Below are positions 8,969 to 17,509 of a stretch of DNA of 19,653 nt, one piece after another. The stretch is from the NCBI GenBank assembly GCA_030587475.2, contig JAUQYZ020000069.1, positions 1 through 19,653 of the forward strand, in the 5' to 3' direction. The translations under genes were made by a program, and so were the position numbers. The stretch's first letter is position 1, and each line of letters begins with the position of its first letter. The notes beneath the pieces are model-generated. The model had not been told where the DNA came from, made no database searches, and saw nothing but the letters and a program-made list of their open reading frames with translations. The DNA is from Candidatus Sigynarchaeum calidifontis (GTDB taxonomy: Archaea; Asgardarchaeota; Lokiarchaeia; Sigyniarchaeales; Sigyniarchaeaceae).

Positions 8969-9126
8969 ACGTGATCTCGGCGTCCGGGCACAAGTCATGA
9001 GGCTCGCTTGATCGATAACAAAACGCCAATCGAAGGACGGGAACCGATCTCGTTGCCATGGTAAAGTAGAAAATTCGTGAACGCCGTACTAAATCTTGAT
9101 CACCGGATCCGTGCTGGTCTCGGAGA

Positions 9127-10464
9127 ATGCCAGAAAAAGAAGACATGCAGAAAGGGCTCCAGAAGGAAGTCGACCGCATTCTCGATTACCTCAACAAGCT
9201 CAGCTCGCATTATGACCTCTACCAGCACCGGCCCGCCGAGCTCCGCGACGTTTCCGTCCAGTCCTACTACACCATGATCGCCCGCAAGGTGCAGAACCAG
9301 TCCGTTTCAAAGCTGAAGACCGGGTTCGAGACGGGCGATCCGGAAACCTTTCTCGATGGCATGCGCAAGTTTGAAGAGGCCGCGAAGATCCTCGACCTTG
9401 GCATCGAGAATCCCGAGGAGTCCAGCGCGTTTTACCAGGAAATGATCAATTTATTCCTCAGGTTCATAAAGGACTCGTCCGACAGCGTCGGGCGCTTCGA
9501 ACCGAAGGGACTGTTTTTCAAGCTCAAGAGCCTCGAGGCCGTGGCCGAGGTCCTCGAGAACGTCATGAACGACTTTGCCAAGGCCGCCGGGTACCGGAAC
9601 CAGGCCGCCTTGTACGAGAAACGCTGGAAAAAAGCGCTCCAATTCATCTACATTATTTATGACCTCGTGTTGTCAGGCAACTTCGACATGGCGAACCAGT
9701 TCCTCTTGCAGTTCGACAACGATGGCCTCCGGCAAGAGATCGCGTCGCTGGCCGTGGAATCCGATGCCGACGCGCAGAAACAATACCTGGAAGCCCTCGA
9801 CGCGTTCAAGTCGCTCGGCGCTGTGATCATCGCCGCCAGCGAGAAGCGCACGCAAGACTCGGTCAACGTCATCATCGACAAGATCAACGAGCTGCGCGCC
9901 CGTGGCATCCCCATCACGCTGGTCACGCTCCAGAAATTCACGCAGAAGCTGGCGACGAGCCTCGGCTTCACGGAGATCGTCCAGTTCAAGAGCGACGAGC
10001 AAGTCGCGCTGGAACAGCTCAAGCCCCCGATGCCCCCGCAAGAGCCAGGAGCCAGGGGGCAGGCCGGAGTGCAGCCGCCGGTCTCCGCGGATCTCTCGGC
10101 ACAGATCGCGGAAAACATGGGGCCCGAGATGCAGAAGGTCATGGAGAGGGCACAAGCCATCCACGACGCGGGCGGCGCGGCGAACGTCGACTTGAACGTT
10201 AGCAGCATCGATGCCATCCGAAAGGCCATCGCGGAAGGCATGTCGGGGCTTGCAAACGAGATCGTGAACCAGCTGAGCAGCAAGCTCGGCGGGATGAGCT
10301 TCGGCGGTGGCGGTGGCGTGGCCATGGGCGGCCCGATGCGCAACCTCGATGGCCCGGGTGGCGGCCCCCCCCAGATCCAGTCGCTGGGCAGGGTGAAACC
10401 GACCGAGCGCCCGCAGCGCCCCAAACTGTCCGAGATGCTCGATTCGGTCATCGTCGAAGATTAA
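9127..10464 (+). CDS. Hypothetical protein: helical-repeat (TPR/SNAP-like) N-terminus, Pro/Gly/Met-rich low-complexity C-terminus
   Basis: 445-aa ORF with strong G/C third-position bias; amphipathic helices followed by PPMPPQEPG and GGMSFGGGGGVAMGGPM. Confidence 0.7.
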   Translation: MPEKEDMQKGLQKEVDRILDYLNKLSSHYDLYQHRPAELRDVSVQSYYTMIARKVQNQSVSKLKTGFETGDPETFLDGMRKFEEAAKILDLGIENPEESSAFYQEMINLFLRFIKDSSDSVGRFEPKGLFFKLKSLEAVAEVLENVMNDFAKAAGYRNQAALYEKRWKKALQFIYIIYDLVLSGNFDMANQFLLQFDNDGLRQEIASLAVESDADAQKQYLEALDAFKSLGAVIIAASEKRTQDSVNVIIDKINELRARGIPITLVTLQKFTQKLATSLGFTEIVQFKSDEQVALEQLKPPMPPQEPGARGQAGVQPPVSADLSAQIAENMGPEMQKVMERAQAIHDAGGAANVDLNVSSIDAIRKAIAEGMSGLANEIVNQLSSKLGGMSFGGGGGVAMGGPMRNLDGPGGGPPQIQSLGRVKPTERPQRPKLSEMLDSVIVED

Positions 10465-11006
10465 ATGCCCCGCCCCGCACGCACGAGGTTCTCGTTATCG
10501 GGCCTCGTTTTCATGATCGTGACGAGCTCGTCCATCGAGACCGGCTTGAAACCGTTGTTGTCGACGCCGACATCGTGCTGCTTGCCAGCCGGTGGTAGAT
10601 TGGCGTGGGAATGTCCATAGAGCTGCCAGCTGTTGAAGTGGCTCGCGTTCCACACCCGCATGGCATAGTGGGATAGCGTGATGCGCTGGCGGTTCACGAC
10701 GATGTCCATTATCGGCGGTGCCAGCGTGCCCGCGCTGGCCACCACCTCCAGGACATCTTTCGAATCGTGGTTGCCGGGGATGAACACCAGCTTCACATCG
10801 CCCAGGCGCTCGATGAAAAAGCACGCGCGCTCCTTCTTGAACGCGAGATCGCCGAGAAAATAGAGCGTGTCCCCGCTTTTTACCGTGCTCGCGACGTTAT
10901 CGACGATATGCTTGTCCATTTCTTCGGTTGATGTGAAAGGCCGGTGGCAATACTTCATGATGTTCGCGTGGCCGAGATGATAGTCGGCAGTGAACCAGAT
11001 CAACAT
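10461..11006 (-). CDS. Calcineurin-like metallophosphoesterase
   Basis: Motifs DYHLGH, LGD, GNHD, SHY and GHSH. Confidence 0.92.
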   Translation of the reverse strand: MLIWFTADYHLGHANIMKYCHRPFTSTEEMDKHIVDNVASTVKSGDTLYFLGDLAFKKERACFFIERLGDVKLVFIPGNHDSKDVLEVVASAGTLAPPIMDIVVNRQRITLSHYAMRVWNASHFNSWQLYGHSHANLPPAGKQHDVGVDNNGFKPVSMDELVTIMKTRPDNENLVRAGRGI

Positions 11007-11057
11007 GCTCCCCTCGATTTTCGTGTTGTTCCGGGAACGTGCGGAACACGAGATGAT

Positions 11058-11708
11058 TCAATCTTTCTGCTGCGTGAGCACGTCCTTTTTCACGGGCGTG
11101 AACGCCTCGTCCTTCACGGCCGGGTCGAGCGGGTTCTTGGGCACGATGCCATCGAACTTGAACTCGAGTATCAACCGGTGCACGCGCTCGCTCTTGTGCC
11201 CCAGCGCCTCGGCCTTCTGGAAGCAGTACATGGCGTATGGCTTCTTTTGGAGGTCCAAGAAGATCAAGCCGAGGCTCGACCACGCGTCGGGTATCGTGTC
11301 GTCATGCTCGAGCACGTACTTGAACTCGAACATGGCCTCCATGACCTTGTTCCGGGTCTTGTAATAGGCCATCCCGAGGTTGAGGCGGGCGTTGATGTCG
11401 GTCGGGTCGATCCTCGTGGCCTTGTAAAAGTGGCGCACGGCCTCGGCAATGTCGTTTTTCTTCTGGTAGACGATGCCCAGGTTCGTGTACGCGTGCGGGC
11501 GGTTGCCGTCGATCTTGATGCATTCCTTGAACGCCGCGATGGCATCTTGATAAACCTGGAGCTCCGTGAATGCGATGCCGAGGTAGAGCCACGCGTCGTA
11601 ATCCCCGGGCCGCTGTCGCGTGCATTCCTTGAAGATCCGGGCCGCAGCAGCCGCGTCGCCACCCTCCAGCAGTGCCACGCCCTCGTCGAATGTCTTCTCG
11701 TAACTCAT
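11058..11708 (-). CDS. Tetratricopeptide-repeat protein
   Basis: Tandem ~34-aa repeats: AWLYLGIAF, AYTNLGIVY, ARLNLGMAY, AWSSLGLIF. Confidence 0.92.
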   Translation of the reverse strand: MSYEKTFDEGVALLEGGDAAAAARIFKECTRQRPGDYDAWLYLGIAFTELQVYQDAIAAFKECIKIDGNRPHAYTNLGIVYQKKNDIAEAVRHFYKATRIDPTDINARLNLGMAYYKTRNKVMEAMFEFKYVLEHDDTIPDAWSSLGLIFLDLQKKPYAMYCFQKAEALGHKSERVHRLILEFKFDGIVPKNPLDPAVKDEAFTPVKKDVLTQQKD

Positions 11709-11787
11709 GATGCTATTTTTAGTGACTAAAGGTTAAAATGATTCCTAACCGAAGGGCCGGACAACACGAAGATTCAAGGTGTCTCCC

Positions 11788-12567
11788 ATGAACATCTCGG
11801 TAGCGACGTATTCACTGCGCGACAGCATGAAAAAAATCGGCATGGCAGGCATGGCCGATTACCTCAACAAGATTGGCGTGAAGTTCGTTGAAATCAACAA
11901 CATGTTCACGACGGCGAAGGATCTTCCGGAAAACGTGAAGGTATTCGCCTCGAAGGGCATCAAGACGGTCTTGTTGACATACGACGGGAACAATTTTTTC
12001 ATACCAGCCGACGAGGATGCCGCGGAAGATCGCCGGGACCAGTTCAATGCCATGAAACCGTGGATAGACGCGGCAAAGGTAGCAGGCATCCCCATCATCC
12101 GTGCCAACATGGGCCATCCACCAGGCTTCCTTTCAACCGAGCCTGAAATGCTCGCGGCACTCGTCGCGACGTTCAAGCCGATCCAGGAATATGCGGAAAA
12201 GCAAGGCATCACGTTCGTTTTTGAGAACCACGGCGGGCCGAGTTCCGATGTCAATTTCCAGCTCCTCGTCAAGAAGCAATTCCCGAGCGACAAGATGGGC
12301 TTCTTGCTCGACACGGGCAACTACACGCCCAAGAGCCTTGTTTACGAGAACATCGAGAAACTCGGCAAGGCCATCAAGATCGTCCACGCGAAAACGTACG
12401 AGTTCGATAAAAACGGCGAGGAAACGCAGCTCGACTTCGGGCGCATCACCGCCGCCCTCAAGAAGGTCGGGTTTGACGGGTTCTACTCGATCGAGTTCGA
12501 GGGCAAGGGCGATGCGAAGGCGGGCGTCGAGAAGACCCTTGCCTTGCTTAAAAAATACCTTGCATAG
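11788..12567 (+). CDS. Sugar phosphate isomerase/epimerase (xylose isomerase-like TIM barrel)
   Basis: Metal-binding motifs FENHGG, LDTGN, VHAK and SIEFEG. Start is ATG 11788 or GTG 11779. Confidence 0.9.
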   Translation: MNISVATYSLRDSMKKIGMAGMADYLNKIGVKFVEINNMFTTAKDLPENVKVFASKGIKTVLLTYDGNNFFIPADEDAAEDRRDQFNAMKPWIDAAKVAGIPIIRANMGHPPGFLSTEPEMLAALVATFKPIQEYAEKQGITFVFENHGGPSSDVNFQLLVKKQFPSDKMGFLLDTGNYTPKSLVYENIEKLGKAIKIVHAKTYEFDKNGEETQLDFGRITAALKKVGFDGFYSIEFEGKGDAKAGVEKTLALLKKYLA

Positions 12568-12615
12568 GTTTGGCTGCAATGCCTTTGAACTTTTCAAGAA
12601 AACGAGGGAACAAAC

Positions 12616-13080
12616 ATGTGCTCGACGATGAAACCGGTAAAATGGAACGAGGAGGCACGACGCGTGGTCAACGACGACTGCGTCGTGGTTTGCCAGGATA
12701 CGAGGGGGAAGAATAACCTCATCACGATCGGCTGGAAGAGCATCGGCATCTTGTGGGGGAAGCCCGTCATCACGATCGCCGTCCACCCCGACCGGTACTC
12801 GCACGACGTGATAGAGCATGGAATCAAGGAGTTCTCGCTGAACGTGGGAGGCGCCGTGGATGGCATGCTCGACACGTGCGGGTCATGGTCCGGGCGGGAC
12901 GTCGACAAGGTGGCGAAAACGGGCGCCAAGCTCGTGCCCGTGAAGGGCATGAAGATCCCTGTCATCGAGGGCGCGGCGGCATCGTGGGCTTGCCAGATCA
13001 TCCACTCGGCCGGGTCAGGCAGCATCACGGCGCACACGCTGTATTTTGGCGAGATCGTCGCCTCGTTCAAGGGAAAATGA
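12616..13080 (+). CDS. Flavin reductase-like FMN-binding protein (flavoredoxin family)
   Basis: Motifs NLITIGW, WGKP, PDRYS, EFSLNV, CGSWSGRDVDK and HTLYFGEIV. Confidence 0.9.
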   Translation: MCSTMKPVKWNEEARRVVNDDCVVVCQDTRGKNNLITIGWKSIGILWGKPVITIAVHPDRYSHDVIEHGIKEFSLNVGGAVDGMLDTCGSWSGRDVDKVAKTGAKLVPVKGMKIPVIEGAAASWACQIIHSAGSGSITAHTLYFGEIVASFKGK

Positions 13081-13112
13081 AAAAAGAAGGGCTTTTCTGG
13101 ATCGTGACAAGA

Positions 13113-13835
13113 TCACAACTGGAAATGCACCGCGCCCCACGCGATGATCACAAGAGACACGATCTTGACAATGGGGACGGCGACGATGATGATGGTTCGC
13201 ATTCCTGGAAACGCCGCGTCGAGCGTGGCAAGAAGATTCTCGGACATCACCATGCCGGCTAGCGCGAATAACACGAGGCCAAATACAAGCGCGATGCACA
13301 CCCTTCGCATCAAGCCAGGGCTCTTTATGGCGATGTAGATAAAAGTAATCACGGCAATCACGCTGGCGAACGTGCCCAACAACCCGACGGTCGAGACGAG
13401 CTTGAAAGCATCTACCGAGTCGATCGGGTAGAGCAGCTGGAAAGTCGCCACGGCAACGATCAAGCCAGTCGGGATCAAGCAAGTCTTGAACCGGTAGATG
13501 TCACGCTCGAGGACGAACAGCAAGAATGCCCCGCTGTACCCGCCAATGCACGTTGCGGCTTGCCAGTAATACACCTGCGGGGTGCGCCAGAGCAAGTCGG
13601 GATTGAAGTTCGTGAGGAAAAAGTCATAGTAGAAATAGATGAGCCGGGAGATGCCGAGGCACAAGATCAGCAAGAACGCGGCGCCCAAAAAGGTGAGGCG
13701 ACGCTTTGCTTGATTTTTTGACTGGAGGGCGACGCGCCGCCCGATGAACGCCGCGATGGAGAACTTTGCCACGATAACGGCAATCGTCGCGTAAAAACTG
13801 ATGCTCCAGATGAGGGGATCGAGCTGGATGAGCAT
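13113..13835 (-). CDS. Integral membrane protein, about 7 TM helices
   Basis: Seven hydrophobic segments separated by short charged loops. Confidence 0.75.
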   Translation of the reverse strand: MLIQLDPLIWSISFYATIAVIVAKFSIAAFIGRRVALQSKNQAKRRLTFLGAAFLLILCLGISRLIYFYYDFFLTNFNPDLLWRTPQVYYWQAATCIGGYSGAFLLFVLERDIYRFKTCLIPTGLIVAVATFQLLYPIDSVDAFKLVSTVGLLGTFASVIAVITFIYIAIKSPGLMRRVCIALVFGLVLFALAGMVMSENLLATLDAAFPGMRTIIIVAVPIVKIVSLVIIAWGAVHFQL

Positions 13836-13940
13836 GGTTGTTGATTCGAGGGTCGCCTATTTATGTTTTCCCCCGTTAACCACGTGAATTAGAAATATTA
13901 ATTTTCTTCAAGGCGGTCGATCCAATCCAAGCAAATTAAA

Positions 13941-15359
13941 TCACAAGTTCGGCCGAGTTGCGTGCCACGGCGCCACGTCCTCGAACGCCTTCGCCACTTG
14001 CAAGACCAGCGCGTCCGAGAGCCGCTTCCCGATGACTTGCATGCCAATGGGCAACCCCTCGCGCGAGAATCCGGCCGGGAGCGTCGCCGCTGGCTGCCCG
14101 GTCTGGTTGCACACGAACGTGTAAGGCATCCAGCCCGTCGGCGAGACGTTCTTGCCAGCAATGGCCGGTGGAAACATCACGTCAAGGCCGAACGCGGTGC
14201 TCGCGGTCGTCGGCGTGACGAGAATGTCGATGTCGTGCGCCTTGTAGATGCCGATCATGTCGTCGTAGAACAGCCGTCGCTTGTCGAGGCAGCGTATGTA
14301 CTCGTAGCACGTCGTGTATTCCCCGCTTGCCATGCGCACGAGGTCGGGATCCATGTCCCTTGCCCATTCCTTGAGGCGCTCCCTGTTGTCGTACTTCGTG
14401 TTGCTGACCGTCCACGTGTAGAAAAACGGCTCGGGATTCTTCAACTTGACCTTTATTTCCTTGACGTCCCAGCCAAACCTGGTGAACTTGTCGACGGCCG
14501 CGACAACGGCCTTCTCCACGTCGGGATCGATGGCCTTCGTCCAGCCAAGGTCGATTGTCCAGCCGATCTTCACGTGCTTCGGGATTTTCTCGATGGCATC
14601 CTCGAAACAAACGCCGATGTCGGGAAGGGAATGCCGGTCGAGATCGTGTGGCCCTTTCATCGCATCGAGCATCATGGCCGCGTCGCGGACAAATCGCGTG
14701 ATGGGGCCATAATGCGTGATGGTCTCGGCGCCGATGCCCGTGCGCGGGTGGACGGGGACGAGGCCGAACGTGGGCTTGAAGCCGAACACGCCGCAAAAGC
14801 ACGCCGGGTGCCGGATCGAGCCCGCCCCATCGGATGCCAGCGCGAGCGGCCCCGTGCCCGACGCGACCGACGCGGCCGCGCCCCCGCTGCTCCCGCCGGG
14901 CGTCCGGTCCAGCTTCCACGGGTTGCGCGTGGCGCCGAACAGCTTGTTTTTCGTGAACCCGGAGAAGCCGAACTCTGGCGTGTTGGTCTTGCCCAGCATC
15001 ACGATGCCCGCGGCCTTCAAGCGCGCCACTGCGACGTCGTCCTCGGCGGGAACGAAGTGCTCGAACACCTTGGAGCCGTAGGTCGTGCGGACGCCGGCGG
15101 TCTGCATCAAGTCCTTGATCGACGTGGGGATGCCGTTGAGTGCAGGCAGCGCCCCGCCACGCTTCACGCGCGCGTCGGCGTCCCTGGCCATGGCCCTCGC
15201 GATGTCGAATGTCGTCGTGCAATACGCGTTGATGACCGGGTTGACCTTGTCGATCCGCTCGATGAAGATCTCGCATGTTTCCGCTGCCGTGATCTCTTGG
15301 CGGGCGATCTTGTCCCGCAACTCGTGGGCGGGGCCGAAGCAAGCAGCATCCTCGTGCAT
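13941..15359 (-). CDS. Amidase-signature family amidase
   Basis: Catalytic Lys in SIKD, GKTNTPEF, PGGSSGG, SDGAGSIRHPA and GLPIGMQ. Confidence 0.95.
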   Translation of the reverse strand: MHEDAACFGPAHELRDKIARQEITAAETCEIFIERIDKVNPVINAYCTTTFDIARAMARDADARVKRGGALPALNGIPTSIKDLMQTAGVRTTYGSKVFEHFVPAEDDVAVARLKAAGIVMLGKTNTPEFGFSGFTKNKLFGATRNPWKLDRTPGGSSGGAAASVASGTGPLALASDGAGSIRHPACFCGVFGFKPTFGLVPVHPRTGIGAETITHYGPITRFVRDAAMMLDAMKGPHDLDRHSLPDIGVCFEDAIEKIPKHVKIGWTIDLGWTKAIDPDVEKAVVAAVDKFTRFGWDVKEIKVKLKNPEPFFYTWTVSNTKYDNRERLKEWARDMDPDLVRMASGEYTTCYEYIRCLDKRRLFYDDMIGIYKAHDIDILVTPTTASTAFGLDVMFPPAIAGKNVSPTGWMPYTFVCNQTGQPAATLPAGFSREGLPIGMQVIGKRLSDALVLQVAKAFEDVAPWHATRPNL

Positions 15360-15396
15360 GGCTACTCGTGTATACGCTTTCCACGAGCGGTATTAA
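15335..15396. repeat. Direct repeat copy 1 (amidase upstream region + first 8 codons)
   Basis: 15335-15387 matches 16690-16742 at 50/53 nt, and 56/62 nt when extended. It contains the inverted repeat CTCGTG-N11-CACGAG. Confidence 0.9.
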
Positions 15397-15496
15397 TGAT
15401 TCCGCGCTCATGTCGCCAAGCCCGAGAGACGCCAGGAGGCAAAAACGAGCTGGCATGAGCACGCGACCTTGAATCCTTTCTTTTTTCTCCAGATGC

Positions 15497-15850
15497 TCAA
15501 GCCATGTTCTGGTTGATGAAATCCATATATTTTTTACCCTTTTCTGCGATGCTGTAGAAGGAAAACCGCTTCCCGTCCCGTTCGGCCCTCAGCTCGTTCG
15601 TTATAAAACCGTACTTCTTCAACTGGGCCACGTGATAGGCCAGGTTGCTTGCATTCATCTTCACTTTCTTGGCGAGATCCTCGAAACTCAACTTCTCGCG
15701 GGATTTCTGCAAGGTGTCGAGGATCGATAGCCGCGCGGTACTCTTGATGATAGCCAGATCGCGCGCGAGCTTTTTCCAGTCCGGTTGGATCGTCACGATG
15801 TCTTGCATGATTTCGTCAGTCACGGCCTTTCCTTCCTTCGTTTTTTTCAT
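15497..15850 (-). CDS. ArsR/winged-helix transcriptional regulator
   Basis: ARLSILDTL...LSFEDLAKKVKMNASNLAYHVAQLKKYGFI...FYSIAEKGK. Confidence 0.88.
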   Translation of the reverse strand: MKKTKEGKAVTDEIMQDIVTIQPDWKKLARDLAIIKSTARLSILDTLQKSREKLSFEDLAKKVKMNASNLAYHVAQLKKYGFITNELRAERDGKRFSFYSIAEKGKKYMDFINQNMA

Positions 15851-15970
15851 CGTTCACGCCATTTTTGTTATTTTCTTTATCGGTGGTTCTTTCATCGAAT
15901 TTTAACCAGAAAAATGACCGAATCTTCGAGAGGAAAAGCTAATAACTATTATTTAAACCTTCTGATCAAC

Positions 15971-16558
15971 TCAAATCTTTTTGAGTTGATCGATGCATTT
16001 CGATCCACGATAGTAGTCACAAATATTCCCGATATCCTTGACAAGCTGATCATCCGATTCAAACCAATACACCCTGCCACCTCGAGCATCGAACTTCCTC
16101 AAGAAATCACGAAGATACGATTTGGACTCGCCTTGTTGTGGATGATAGCGTTTCTTCACGAAAACGCGCATTTTAGGATAGATCTTTCGATTGTGGGAAA
16201 AGTCTACAAGCTCGGCAACGGAACCGAACGATTCGGGGAGGATGATCACCATGTCTATCTCAGAATTCATCAAGATGAGCTCCTCATCCACGGATGCCCT
16301 CGCCACGGCTTCGCAATCCTCGAAGAGCATGACGATATTAGATCCCATGTTCAGCGCGTCGTGAATTAACAACCGCCGCCGTGATGCATCCTCACACCCT
16401 TGGATGGTACAACCTTCGCAACGGCGCGGGCAATTTTCAGGGAAGCGACTCCCCAAGATAAACATTTTCAATGCTACTTGCTTTTCCCTTCTCCTTACTT
16501 CCGCGATCACGTTCTCGATGAAGCGTGCTTGCTTTGACATGGCCTTCTTGCGCTTCAT
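15971..16558 (-). CDS. Nucleoside deoxyribosyltransferase-fold protein resembling retron St85/Ec86-type effectors
   Basis: MFILGS...RR...MLFED...EE...IDMVIILPESFGSVAELVDF...SYL follows the D-x-I-I-x-P-E-S-x-G-S-x-A-E-L pattern. It also has a Cys-rich insert, CPRRCEGCTIQGC. Confidence 0.6.
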   Translation of the reverse strand: MKRKKAMSKQARFIENVIAEVRRREKQVALKMFILGSRFPENCPRRCEGCTIQGCEDASRRRLLIHDALNMGSNIVMLFEDCEAVARASVDEELILMNSEIDMVIILPESFGSVAELVDFSHNRKIYPKMRVFVKKRYHPQQGESKSYLRDFLRKFDARGGRVYWFESDDQLVKDIGNICDYYRGSKCIDQLKKI

Positions 16559-16608
16559 GGATCATAATTCCCTCGGATAGTTAAGAAGATATCAATAGAC
16601 ATCTCGAT

Positions 16609-16692
16609 CTATCGCTCCAACGCCTGGATCTTTTTCTTCAAGATCCGGTTCTCCGCGAGGAATAACGCCAGCGTGTAGTTCCTTTTGATCGA
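16609..16692 (-). pseudogene. Probable truncated 3' end of a gene (SIKRNYTLALFLAENRILKKKIQALER*)
   Basis: Coiled-coil-like 27-codon frame ending in TAG, abutting direct repeat copy 2, with no in-frame ATG. Confidence 0.35.
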
Positions 16693-16751
16693 AGCAAGCA
16701 GCAGCCTCGTGCATGGTTACTCGTGTATACGATTTCCACGAGGTGCATTAA
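16690..16751. repeat. Direct repeat copy 2 (encodes MHEAAACF on the minus strand)
   Basis: Offset 1355 nt from copy 1; similarity ends abruptly after amidase codon 8. Confidence 0.9.
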
Positions 16752-16821
16752 GGGTTCTCTGTTCACGGGGTGGTTTCAAGATCGCGGGAGCTGCGTTTAA
16801 ATCGCCACGAGCGTGACTACC

Positions 16822-17361
16822 ATGATCATGAGGAACATCATGGCAACGTGTCCCGAATGCAAGCAGCCCTTCACGTTCGGCGTGGATGAATCGAAAACCC
16901 TCAAGGATGCGCGGTTTCCCGTCGCTCTTGCCGTCAAGCATTGCGGCAAACTGCTCGCCGTGTTCGTCGACGCGGGGTTCAAGGTGCTCGGCACCCACCC
17001 CTTGTACATGATTCACTCCGAAAAGCAATGGGAAGATGCCGGTGCCGCGAAACCGAAGGCCGGGGAAAAGGGGTCGTATTCCGACAAGCGAACCGCCTAC
17101 ATCGAACAGCGCAGCGAGCAACGCACGTTCTACAGCCCTGGCGTGGGGGCCGAGATCCTCGACCAGATGGAAATACCCGACGTGCTCGAAAAGCAGCTGC
17201 TGCGGGCAATTTTCGAGTCGAAGCACGTTTCCTTGGACGATCTTTGTAAAAAGGCAAAGCCCCTCGAAAAAGAATTGAACACGTCGATTCACCCGGACAT
17301 GGTCGTGACCAGATTGGAAAAATACGTGGTAAAGAAGATCATCAAGGTATTTTACGGGTAA
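16822..17361 (+). CDS. CxxC-domain protein with possible C-terminal winged helix
   Basis: TCPECKQ...FPVALAVKHCGKLLAVFVDAGFKVLG, then the helical LEKQLLRAIFESKHVSLDDL. Start is 16813, 16822 or 16828. Confidence 0.7.
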   Translation: MIMRNIMATCPECKQPFTFGVDESKTLKDARFPVALAVKHCGKLLAVFVDAGFKVLGTHPLYMIHSEKQWEDAGAAKPKAGEKGSYSDKRTAYIEQRSEQRTFYSPGVGAEILDQMEIPDVLEKQLLRAIFESKHVSLDDLCKKAKPLEKELNTSIHPDMVVTRLEKYVVKKIIKVFYG

Positions 17362-17476
17362 AAAAGGCACCTGCTAGAAGGGATTGCCGCAGGCCGGGCA
17401 GAATTTCATGCCAGGGATTCCTGGGCGGGATTAATTGCGGCGAGGCCATCACTCGCGATAACAACTTGAAGATTAC

Positions 17477-17484
17477 AAAAAAAA
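17477..17484 (-). terminator. Oligo-T archaeal terminator candidate for the Fe-S oxidoreductase gene
   Basis: T8 run on the minus strand about 25 nt after the stop at 17510. Confidence 0.45.
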
Positions 17485-17509
17485 GGGGAATAATTGGATA
17501 GAATCGGGT

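Larger units (their letters stand above)
15397..16689. mobile_element. Small inserted islet or degenerate integrated element between direct repeats
   Basis: Bounded by the 62-bp repeats and visibly more AT-rich than the amidase. It carries a regulator, an NDT-like gene and a truncated ORF end; no integrase is seen. Confidence 0.55.

Noticed and set aside
13962-15462. Long antisense and alternate-frame ORFs over the amidase (and similar ones at 7688-8752, 10944-11729, 17882-18604)
   Set aside because: These are shadow ORFs expected from strong G/C third-position bias; they overlap well-supported genes and lack motifs.
16560-16690. Retron msr/msd ncRNA upstream of the NDT-like gene
   Set aside because: Only short hairpins (such as GGATCTT/AAGATCC) are present, with no long a1/a2 repeats and no RT gene in the window.
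16592-16714. 40-aa ORF MHEAAACFDQK... as a real gene
   Set aside because: It is a chimera of the duplicated amidase start and unrelated islet sequence, with no recognisable features.
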